Assembly: GCA_031372065.1 (NCBI GenBank)
Contig: JANMKN010000035.1
Span: forward strand, 1-27,279
Length of the DNA: 27,279 bases
Source of the DNA: Abditibacteriaceae bacterium
GTDB taxonomy: Bacteria; Armatimonadota; Abditibacteriia; Abditibacteriales; Abditibacteriaceae
Direction of reading: 5' to 3'
The position numbers and the translations under genes were made by a program. The notes below the pieces were generated by a model, which was not told the origin of the DNA, made no database searches, and saw only the letters and a program-made list of their open reading frames with translations. This document shows, piece by piece, positions 17,470-25,390 of the stretch. Numbering within the stretch: the stretch's first letter is position 1; each line of letters begins with the position of its first letter.

Positions 17470-19188
17470 CTAAATGTCCTCGCCGGGGTAGAGAATAGGA
17501 TGAGTGCCGGGATGATTTTCGCAAATTTTATAAATGCCCTGCGCGATAAATAATTCGACGATATCAGGGTCAATGCGCTCGTTACGTGCTTCGAGTTCGA
17601 GAATTTGCAAGGCGCGTGAGGCAGGCATAGATTTTTTATAAGGCCTATCAGAAGCGGTCAGCGCATCGAAAATATCCGCGACGGTCATCATGCGGGCGCG
17701 CAACGGAATTTGATCGCCGCCGATGCCGCGTGGGTAGCCGGTGCCATTGAGTTTTTCGTGATGGCACCACGCCAATTCAGGAATGGCGGCGAATTCGGGC
17801 GTCCATTCGATGCGTTCTAAAAACTCATAAGAAAGCTGCGCATGGCGCTTGATTTCCTCGAACTCGGCGGGAGTTAGCGAGCCGCGCCGCACGCACAAAG
17901 TTTGATATTCTTCCTGCGATAAAATGGGGCTGGCCTTGCCTTTTTCGTCGGTGTAGTCCATCTCAATCATTTTGCGCAGCACCATCACTTGCTGGGCATA
18001 TTCCTCGTCCGGCACATAAGTCACCGCTGGATCGTTGATTTGCGTGAGGAGGCGGATGTCTTCTTCGATTTCTGCGACATTCTGGCGCGTTTCGGCATCC
18101 ACTTTTTGTATTTCGATCAGCGCTTCTGCGCGCGGCAATTCCAGCAGCAAGGCGATTTTTTTCTCAGCGCCTTCTTTTTCTTTGTCGCGCGCCAAAATAA
18201 TTAAGCGATCGCGCACGCCCAAAAAATAAGCCGGTTCCAGTTTGTGGCTTTTGGTGAGAATTTTCTCGCGCACGCCGATTTTGCCGAAGTCGTGCAGCAT
18301 CCCGGCGTAGCTGAGTTCGCGCAATTCGCGCGAAGAGAAATGCACGTCTTTGAATGGCCCTTCGCTTGCGGCGGAGGCGGCGCGGGCCAGCGCCATCGTC
18401 ATTTCGGTGACGCGCGCCGAGTGGCCGCTGGTGCTGGGGTCGCGATCTTCAATCGCAGAAGCGGCGGCGGTCACAAACGAAGCAAATAATTTTTCTATTT
18501 GCTTCAAAAGTTGAGTGTTTTCCAGCGCGACAGCGGCTTGCGAGGCCAAAGTCGCCGCTAATTCGGCGCGTTCGCTATCGAAGGAAATCACTTCGCGCGC
18601 CACGATTTCTTCGGTGACGTTGCCGTTTTCGTCAGCCAAACTCAGTCGCGGGTCGCGCTTGCGATTGATGAGTTGCAATACGCCAATGACGTTTCCGGCG
18701 TGGTTTTTGAGTGGCACCACTAAAACGCCTTTGGTGCGGTAACCGTTTTTGATGTCGAAGTCGGAATTAAAGCGGTAAGGCGCGTCGCTGGGTAGCTGAT
18801 AGGCGTCGTCGAAGCAAAAAGTTTCGCCATGCAAAGCCGCATAACCGGCCAGACTGGACGAAGTCACCGGAAATGTAACGTTGGTATTGAGATTAGGCTT
18901 GGAATCGTTTTGAGCAGCGCGAAAATGCAAATTAATGCTGCCCGTTTTGGCCTCGTCGAGCGGGTTTTGGTCGTTGTCTGTGCGTTGCACGGTATAAATG
19001 CTGCCGGCATCGGATTCCGTCAGTTCGCGCGCTTTTTTGAGGATTAAATTGAGTAGCCGATGAATATCACGTTCGGCAGACAGCGCCAAACCAATGTCGC
19101 TTAATAAACGCAAACGATGCGCTGTCACGCCCTCGTTTTGCGCTGGGCCATCTGATGAATTTTGCGACGTGCCAAAAGTGTTGTTCAT
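17470..19188 (-). CDS. GAF + HD-GYP cyclic-dinucleotide phosphodiesterase
   Basis: GAF motifs (DAGSIY, FNSDFD..GYRTK..VPLKN..VIGVLQLINRK), then EDRDPSTSGHSARV, LHDFGKIG, HHEKLNGTGYP, ADIFDALTASDRPYKK. Start placed at ATG 19188 because the track's extension is heptamer-repeat DNA. Confidence 0.92.
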   Translation of the reverse strand: MNNTFGTSQNSSDGPAQNEGVTAHRLRLLSDIGLALSAERDIHRLLNLILKKARELTESDAGSIYTVQRTDNDQNPLDEAKTGSINLHFRAAQNDSKPNLNTNVTFPVTSSSLAGYAALHGETFCFDDAYQLPSDAPYRFNSDFDIKNGYRTKGVLVVPLKNHAGNVIGVLQLINRKRDPRLSLADENGNVTEEIVAREVISFDSERAELAATLASQAAVALENTQLLKQIEKLFASFVTAAASAIEDRDPSTSGHSARVTEMTMALARAASAASEGPFKDVHFSSRELRELSYAGMLHDFGKIGVREKILTKSHKLEPAYFLGVRDRLIILARDKEKEGAEKKIALLLELPRAEALIEIQKVDAETRQNVAEIEEDIRLLTQINDPAVTYVPDEEYAQQVMVLRKMIEMDYTDEKGKASPILSQEEYQTLCVRRGSLTPAEFEEIKRHAQLSYEFLERIEWTPEFAAIPELAWCHHEKLNGTGYPRGIGGDQIPLRARMMTVADIFDALTASDRPYKKSMPASRALQILELEARNERIDPDIVELFIAQGIYKICENHPGTHPILYPGEDI

Positions 19189-19303
19189 ACTGGTTGTTTG
19201 ATGCACGCTACTATCGCTTTCAGTATCAAATATCCAGCCTTCAATATCCAGTATCAAAATCTATACATTCACAAGCAGCATCAAAACTCCAGCATCCAGT
19301 TTC
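19189..19303. repeat. Heptamer repeat tract (CAGYATC-type) with a short inverted arm
   Basis: CAGTATC AAATATC CAGCCTT CAATATC CAGTATC (19221-19255) and CAGCATC AAAACTC CAGCATC CAGTTTC (19276-19303). The inverted arm ACTGGTTGTTTGATGC starts at 19189. Confidence 0.75.
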
Positions 19304-20237
19304 AATCGCCCCAGCGCAGTTTTTGGCGCAGGCGCGAATAGAAACCATCGCCGGGCGCCACTAAAAGGCGAGCTACGGTGGAATCGCGGCGCACGCGCAC
19401 GATGTCGCCGCTTTGCAGTGCCACACCGATTTGCCCGTCCACCGTGAGCATGGCTTGCAATTCGCCGGGCGCGACTTCATCGCCTTCCCATTCGGCTAAA
19501 ATTTCCACGGTTTCATCGGGGCCAACGACGAACGGACGCAGCATCAAAGTGTGTGCGCAAATCGGGCAAAGCAGCAAAAGTGGCACGCTGGGATGCACAA
19601 TCGGGCCGCCTGCGGAAAGCGCATAGGCGGTAGAGCCTGTCGGCGTCGAAATCACTAAACCATCAGCGCGCACAGCAGCGACTAATTCGCCTTCGACATA
19701 GATATTCAAGCGCAAAATGCGCGCTAAAGCACTTTTGGCGACAACGGCATCGTTTAAACCCAAACTGCCGCCGACTTCGCGATAATTCGCGCCGATAATT
19801 GAGCGGCCATCGGGTGGACGATACGACTTATTGTCTTGACCCGTTTCACGCCGCAAAACGCGCGCGTCTAACATCATGCGTTCTTCAATTTCAAAGGCGC
19901 CGCTACGCAGCATTGCGAAGGCGTTTTCCAATTCTTCAGGGCGCACCGACGAAAGAAAACCCAAGCGACCTAAATCCACGCCTAAAATCGGCGTGCCAAA
20001 CGGCGCGGTGGCACGGGCAGCAGCCAAAATACCGCCATCACCACTGAAAACCACCAACGCATCACGCGAAGCGACTTCGACTTCCGGAGCACCTAAAGCG
20101 GGCCGATTCAAATCGTGTGCCCACGAATGCGGCAGACTCACTTGCACGCCCACCGCCTCGCAGAGCGCGATCAATTGCAAAACCAAGCCACGCGCCCGCG
20201 CTTTGCCCGGTGCCGCGAAAATACCGAGGGATTTCAT
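19302..20237 (-). CDS. nadK: NAD(+) kinase
   Basis: xGDG motif (SGDGG), GVDLGRLGFL, LND, ADGLVISTPTGSTAYALSAGGP, PICAH, VDGQ, LRQKLRWG. Confidence 0.93.
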   Translation of the reverse strand: MKSLGIFAAPGKARARGLVLQLIALCEAVGVQVSLPHSWAHDLNRPALGAPEVEVASRDALVVFSGDGGILAAARATAPFGTPILGVDLGRLGFLSSVRPEELENAFAMLRSGAFEIEERMMLDARVLRRETGQDNKSYRPPDGRSIIGANYREVGGSLGLNDAVVAKSALARILRLNIYVEGELVAAVRADGLVISTPTGSTAYALSAGGPIVHPSVPLLLLCPICAHTLMLRPFVVGPDETVEILAEWEGDEVAPGELQAMLTVDGQIGVALQSGDIVRVRRDSTVARLLVAPGDGFYSRLRQKLRWGD

Positions 20238-20239
20238 TT

Positions 20240-20306
20240 CAGTGGTCAGTGGGCGGTGGCCAGTGGGCGGAAAAACTGACTACCGCTCACTGACCACTGA
20301 CTACTG
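20240..20306. repeat. Inverted heptamer-repeat hairpin (CAGTGGT-type)
   Basis: CAGTGGT CAGTGGG CGGTGGC CAGTGGG CGG, then AAAA, then ACTGACT ACCGCTC ACTGACC ACTGACT ACTG. It fills the TPR-nadK spacer. Confidence 0.88.
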
Positions 20307-22040
20307 TTACCCGACTTTCGTGTTCTGCATCAGGCGGTCACGATTGTTTTTGGCTTCGGGGTAATTGGGGTCTAATTCGACGGCTTTTTTATAGGCTTCG
20401 AGCGCACCCGCTTTGTTGTCTTGCGCTTCCAAAACCGCGCCCAAATTGTTTTGAGCAGTGGCGTTGGTTTTCTCTTTGGCGATGACTTCGCGGTAAACTT
20501 TTTCGGATTCGCTATATTGCTTGTTGTAATACAGCGCCAAGCCCAAATTGATGCGCGCCGTGTTGTTGTCCGGCGCGGCTTCAAGCATTCGGTTGTATTC
20601 AAAAACCGCGTTTTTATAATCTTGCTGATTCAAGAAATTCTCAGCGAGTCCGGCACGCGCACCAGACACCAAAGCGGCGAGTTGGGCTTTGCGGTCAGTG
20701 TCGTTTTCGGCGCGCCATTGTGGTTCGATGGTCGTCAGAAGCGCGCGCCATTCCTTGTCGGCGGCCATGTATTTCGCTTTGGATTCTTCGTTTTTCTTCG
20801 CGTCGGCCAAATTGCGCGCTTGTTCGGAGTAGACAATTGCTAAATTATGCCGCGCATCGGGCGATTGCTGGTCGAGTTTCAAGGCTTGTTGCAATTCGTT
20901 GATGGCGTCGTCGTATTTGCCGCGCTTGAAATGAATGCGTCCGACATTGTTGTGAATCGCGGCGTTTTTCTCGTCCAATTTTTCGGCTTTGGAGTAAGCC
21001 TCCAGAGCCTTGTCGAAAATGCTGGCATAATCGTAAGCCACGCCCAAATTGAACCAGCCGAGCGAATCTTCTTTGCGAAGCGCGACATAGCGCGTGAGTT
21101 TGTCTTGGGCTTCGGGCCAATTGCGTCTTTCGATGAAAATCGCGCCCAACTGCAAAAGCGCTTCAGCACTTTGCGGATCGGTGCTTTGCGGGTCAAGTTC
21201 GATAACTTTCGCTAAGAACGGCACTGCGTCGTTTTTGCGATTGCTATTGATGAGCGCCAAGCCTTTATGCAATTGGTAAGCTGGCTCTTTGGGCATCGAA
21301 TCAATGGCTTTGGTGTAAGCGCCCAACGCACCGGCCCAGTTTTTCTGGTTTTCGTAGGCTTCGCCCAAAGCGTCATAAAGCGCGGCCACCATTTCCGGCT
21401 GCGTGGAGTTTTTAACTAAGGTTTCAAGATGCGGCGTGGCATCAGCGTAGCGTTTTTGCGCGAGCAAAGCAAAAGCCAGATTATATTGCGCGTCGCTGGC
21501 TTTTTTGTCGAAATCCATCGCTTTTTTGTAAGCGGCGATGGCATCGGAGGGCTGATTTTTGTTCCAGTAAACCAGTCCCAAATTGTTATAAAGCGTGGCC
21601 TTGCCCGCTGTGTCGGCGGGCGAAATCATCTTTTCAGCGGTTTGTAGGGCGCTTAGAGCTTCGTCGAATTTTTCTTGTTTCAAGCGCACAAAGCCTAAAA
21701 ACATAAACGAACTGGTGTCTTTGGGATCAAGCGTCACAGCTTTTTCAAAATTGGTGGACGCCATTGCCCAATCGCTTTTGCGCACGGCGTCCAAACCCGC
21801 ATTATAAGCCTGAATAGCCTGTGCCTTGACATCCGCTGGCGATGTTGCAGGTGCGGCAGTTGTGGGCGTGGCAGTTGTCGGTGCGAGAGTTGTCGGTGCT
21901 TCATCGGCACCAACTCGATTCCCTTCGATAACGGACGCCGCGCCCAACACGCCGAACACAATAACAGGCAGCATTTTGGGCACTACTTGTGTCATTTCAA
22001 GCGTCATCTTCGGCAATCTGTGCCCTATGCGTCGTTTCAT
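20307..22040 (-). CDS. Multi-TPR protein with an N-terminal hydrophobic segment and a Thr/Pro-rich linker
   Basis: More than 10 TPR units (e.g. LYNNLGLVY, WFNLGVAY, HNNVGRIH, QNNLGAVL..YKKAVELDP), linker APTTLAPTTATPTTAAPATSP, and GGAGG 10 nt upstream of ATG 22040. Confidence 0.88.
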   Translation of the reverse strand: MKRRIGHRLPKMTLEMTQVVPKMLPVIVFGVLGAASVIEGNRVGADEAPTTLAPTTATPTTAAPATSPADVKAQAIQAYNAGLDAVRKSDWAMASTNFEKAVTLDPKDTSSFMFLGFVRLKQEKFDEALSALQTAEKMISPADTAGKATLYNNLGLVYWNKNQPSDAIAAYKKAMDFDKKASDAQYNLAFALLAQKRYADATPHLETLVKNSTQPEMVAALYDALGEAYENQKNWAGALGAYTKAIDSMPKEPAYQLHKGLALINSNRKNDAVPFLAKVIELDPQSTDPQSAEALLQLGAIFIERRNWPEAQDKLTRYVALRKEDSLGWFNLGVAYDYASIFDKALEAYSKAEKLDEKNAAIHNNVGRIHFKRGKYDDAINELQQALKLDQQSPDARHNLAIVYSEQARNLADAKKNEESKAKYMAADKEWRALLTTIEPQWRAENDTDRKAQLAALVSGARAGLAENFLNQQDYKNAVFEYNRMLEAAPDNNTARINLGLALYYNKQYSESEKVYREVIAKEKTNATAQNNLGAVLEAQDNKAGALEAYKKAVELDPNYPEAKNNRDRLMQNTKVG

Positions 22041-22141
22041 ACTTTGTATTCCTCCAACAAGCCCGATTTTTCGGGACTGGGATATATCCTTTCGTCACGC
22101 GACACCCTTTTGACAAGCGCCGCCCGCTTTTGTGTGTTGCG

Positions 22142-24139
22142 CTACTGACTAACAGCGCCCAGAGCCGCCGTTTTGCGCTTATGTTCGGGCCGCCGTTCGG
22201 TTTTTCGTTCCAGCCCGGTGCGCATTTTGAAAAGCAGGCCGGCGGCGTCAAGGCCATATTCACGGCGCTGAATTTTTTGCGCGCCGTGATGCACAAATTC
22301 ATCCGGCCCGGCGCACAACGTCACCGGCACCAAAATCTCTTCGCGGTGCAACAATTCCAAAATCGCCGAGCCAAAACCGCCGCACATAGTATTTTCTTCA
22401 ATGGTAACAAGGCGTTTGGCGCGCCGCGCCAAATCGCAAATCATGGCTTCATCAAGCGGCTTGGCAAAGCGCGCGTCCATCAAGGCCACTTTGCGGCCTT
22501 CGCCGATCAATACATCTACGGCTTGCTTGGCCGGTTGCACGCTGTAACCGATGGCGATAACGGCCAATTCCAATTCGTCTTCTGTAGACCCAATGGGTGC
22601 CCCTCGCAGCATCTTGCCTTTGCCGACAGGAAACGGTTCAAGCGGCACTTCGGCTAAATTGACGCCTTCGCCCACGCCGCGCGGATAACGCACGGCTGCC
22701 GGGCCTTCGAGCGTTAAACAGGTGGTCAGCATTCGCTTGAGTTCGCCTTCGTCGCTCGGCGCCATAATCGTCATGTTGGGAATGGAGCGCAAGTAACTTA
22801 AATCGAAAAGTCCTTGATGGGTGGCACCGTCTTCGCCGACAAAACCGCCGCGATCAAGCGCAAAAGTGACGGGCAAACCACCTTTGGTCACCTGACAAAC
22901 ATCGTGCAGAATCTGGTCGTAGGCGCGCTGCATAAACGTCGAATAAATCGTTACCACAGGCCGCAAACCGCGCAAAGCCATGCCCGATGCGAAGGTGACG
23001 GCGTGTTCTTCAATCATGCCGACATCAAAGCCGCGATCAGGAAACTTTTCGATGAATTTATCAATGCCCGTCCCACCCGGCATGGCGGCGGTAATGGCGA
23101 CAATGCGCGGGTCTTTTTCGGCCAGTGCAATCAGCGTATCGGCGAAAACCTGCGTGTAAGTGAGCGGCGCTTTGGGTTTGACAAGGCCCGCTTGGTCTTC
23201 TTGTGGCTCGTCTTTGCCAACCAATTTGAAATCAGCGGGCGTGGCGGCGTGCCATTTAATTTGGCCGTCGTCGGCCTCGGCTTTTTCCCAGCCCTTGCCT
23301 TTTTTGGTGACAGCGTGAATGAGAACAGGCCCGCCAAGAGCCTTGGCGGTTTTCAGTGCGCCGATTAATTCGGGCATCGAATGGCCGTTGACCGGGCCAA
23401 TGTAGTGATAACCGAGTTCCTCGAACCACATTCCGGGCACCACCATAGATTTAATGCCGGCGCGCAGTTTTTGGCCCGCTTCGATGACAATTTCGCCGCC
23501 GGGCAGTTTCTTGAAGACTTCCTCCAAATTTTGGCGCGTGTGGCGATAAGCCGGGTCGGTGCGCACGCGGCGCAGATAATCGGCCAGCGACGAATGATTG
23601 TGGCTGATGCCCATTTCGTTGTCGTTAAGCAGCACAATAATGTCGCGTTTCATGTTACCTGCCTGATGCAAGCCTTCCAGCGCCATGCCGCCTACTAATG
23701 AACCATCGCCGATGACCGCAACCACCGTTTCATCGCCGCCGAGCGCATCACGCGCCACAGCATAGCCAAGCGCGGCAGAAATCGAAGTCGAACCGTGACC
23801 GGGATTGGTGGTGTCGTGTTCGGATTCCTCAACGCGTGGAAACGGCGCGATGCCTTGCCACTGGCGCAGCGTGAAAAATTGATCGCGCCGTCCCGTGAGG
23901 ATTTTGTGCGCATACGCTTGATAACCGACATCCCAGACGATTTTGTCCTTGGGCGAATTCAAAGCGTAATGCAACGCAATGCAGATTTCGACGCAGCCGA
24001 GTGGCCCGCCAAAATGTCCACCATTTTGCGCAATGGTGTTGATAATATGCCGCCGCAACTCGTCCGCTACATCCGGCAGTTGATTTACGTTCAACTTTTT
24101 CAAATCGTCGGGGCTGTTAATGTGTTCGATGAAAGCCAT
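22142..24139 (-). CDS. dxs: 1-deoxy-D-xylulose-5-phosphate synthase
   Basis: GGHF, HKILTGRR, GHGSTSISAALG, GDG..NDN (ThDP motif), TKKGKG, ITAAM, IYSTFMQRAYDQ, DRGG.VGEDGATHQG, RYPRG. Confidence 0.97.
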   Translation of the reverse strand: MAFIEHINSPDDLKKLNVNQLPDVADELRRHIINTIAQNGGHFGGPLGCVEICIALHYALNSPKDKIVWDVGYQAYAHKILTGRRDQFFTLRQWQGIAPFPRVEESEHDTTNPGHGSTSISAALGYAVARDALGGDETVVAVIGDGSLVGGMALEGLHQAGNMKRDIIVLLNDNEMGISHNHSSLADYLRRVRTDPAYRHTRQNLEEVFKKLPGGEIVIEAGQKLRAGIKSMVVPGMWFEELGYHYIGPVNGHSMPELIGALKTAKALGGPVLIHAVTKKGKGWEKAEADDGQIKWHAATPADFKLVGKDEPQEDQAGLVKPKAPLTYTQVFADTLIALAEKDPRIVAITAAMPGGTGIDKFIEKFPDRGFDVGMIEEHAVTFASGMALRGLRPVVTIYSTFMQRAYDQILHDVCQVTKGGLPVTFALDRGGFVGEDGATHQGLFDLSYLRSIPNMTIMAPSDEGELKRMLTTCLTLEGPAAVRYPRGVGEGVNLAEVPLEPFPVGKGKMLRGAPIGSTEDELELAVIAIGYSVQPAKQAVDVLIGEGRKVALMDARFAKPLDEAMICDLARRAKRLVTIEENTMCGGFGSAILELLHREEILVPVTLCAGPDEFVHHGAQKIQRREYGLDAAGLLFKMRTGLERKTERRPEHKRKTAALGAVSQ

Positions 24140-24145
24140 AATTCA

Positions 24146-24196
24146 AATGCGGAGTGCGGAATGCGGAATTTCACACTCCGCACTCCGCATTCGCAC
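24146..24196. repeat. Inverted heptamer-repeat hairpin (RTGCGGA-type)
   Basis: ATGCGGA GTGCGGA ATGCGGA ... TCCGCAC TCCGCAT TCGCAC, with a perfect 15-bp inverted pair 24146-24160/24177-24191. It lies in the ispA-dxs spacer. Confidence 0.88.
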
Positions 24197-25105
24197 TTAC
24201 CTCTCCCTTTCCACTACGAAGCGCGCCAAGGCACGCAGAGAATCGGCTTCGGGGCCGAAAATTTTCAGACTGTCCATTGCCGCGTCACGCGATTCTTGCG
24301 CTTGCTGTTTAGCACCTTCCAAGCCAAAGAGCGCCGTTGCCGTTATTTTGTTGTTCTCAGCGTCCGAAGAAGCCTTGCCGGTCAGCGCCGGATCGCCGAC
24401 AACGTCCAAAACATCATCGGAAATCTGAAACGCGCGGCCCAAATGCCGCCCATAATTGCGCAAGGCCGTAATTTGTTCTTCGCTGCCGCCTCCGGCAATC
24501 GCGCCCGCTTCGGCACTAACACAAATTAAAGCGCCGGTTTTGCGCGCGTGCATTTGCAAAAGCTGCGCGCCGGAAATATCGCTCGCTTGCGCATTTGACC
24601 ACGCAATGTCTACCGCTTGACCGCCGACCATGCCCGCTTCGCCTGCTGCTTGGGCAATCAAGCGAATGAGGCGCACTTGACGCGCTGGTTCGTTGTCATC
24701 GGCGGCCAAGATTTCAAAAGCCATCGTCAGCAAAGCATCGCCTGCTAAAACGGCTTGCGCTTCACCAAAAGCCTTGTGGCAACTGGGCTGTCCGCGCCTT
24801 GTGTCGGCGTCGTCCATCGCGGGCAAATCGTCATGCACCAGCGAATAAGCGTGAATCATTTCCAGCGCGCAGGCGGGCGCTAAAGCGTGTTTTACAGCGC
24901 CGCGCGCCGCACCGCAGGCTTCGAGAACCAATTGCGAGCGCAGTCGTTTGCCGCCGCTAAAAATCGCATGGCGCATCGCCGCGCGCAATTGCGCATCGCT
25001 TTGCGCGTCCGAAGGCGAGGTTTTATCAGCTTTGCGCACCGGCAGCCAGTTTTGCAGGGCGTCTTCTATTAATTGCGGCGCAAAACGCCATTCAATCTCG
25101 GTCAT
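24197..25105 (-). CDS. ispA: Farnesyl/geranylgeranyl diphosphate synthase
   Basis: GGKRLR, EMIHAYSLVHDDLPAMDD..RRG, GDALL, GMVGGQ, KTGAL, FQISDDVLD; located between xseB and dxs. Confidence 0.93.
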   Translation of the reverse strand: MTEIEWRFAPQLIEDALQNWLPVRKADKTSPSDAQSDAQLRAAMRHAIFSGGKRLRSQLVLEACGAARGAVKHALAPACALEMIHAYSLVHDDLPAMDDADTRRGQPSCHKAFGEAQAVLAGDALLTMAFEILAADDNEPARQVRLIRLIAQAAGEAGMVGGQAVDIAWSNAQASDISGAQLLQMHARKTGALICVSAEAGAIAGGGSEEQITALRNYGRHLGRAFQISDDVLDVVGDPALTGKASSDAENNKITATALFGLEGAKQQAQESRDAAMDSLKIFGPEADSLRALARFVVERER

Positions 25106-25147
25106 ATTTCAGGATTCACCGTCCTGTCCAGAGGGCACAACGGTGAA

Positions 25148-25390
25148 TTATTCGTCTTCGTCGTAATCAATCGGCACGGTGACTAATTCGCCTTCGGGCG
25201 TGGCGATGAGTTCTTCCAAAAGCGCTTCGGCATTGCTCAAAGTGGCATCACAGCGATCTGCCAGCAATTGGCCGCGCCGCGCCAGTTCGACCAGTTGTTC
25301 GAGTGGCACGTCGCTATCTTCAAGAGCCTCGACGATAGTTTCCAGTTCGCGCAAAGCCTCTTCAAAAGAAAGAGTTTCGTCATTTATCAT
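25148..25390 (-). CDS. xseB: Exodeoxyribonuclease VII small subunit
   Basis: LSFEEALRELETIVEALE..PLE...RG..L..C..L..AE; ATGA overlap with xseA. Confidence 0.92.
   Translation of the reverse strand: MINDETLSFEEALRELETIVEALEDSDVPLEQLVELARRGQLLADRCDATLSNAEALLEELIATPEGELVTVPIDYDEDE

Noticed and set aside
21846..21900. 15-bp repeat as a DNA element
   Set aside because: It is explained by the coding linker APTTL/APTTA/TPTTA of the TPR protein.
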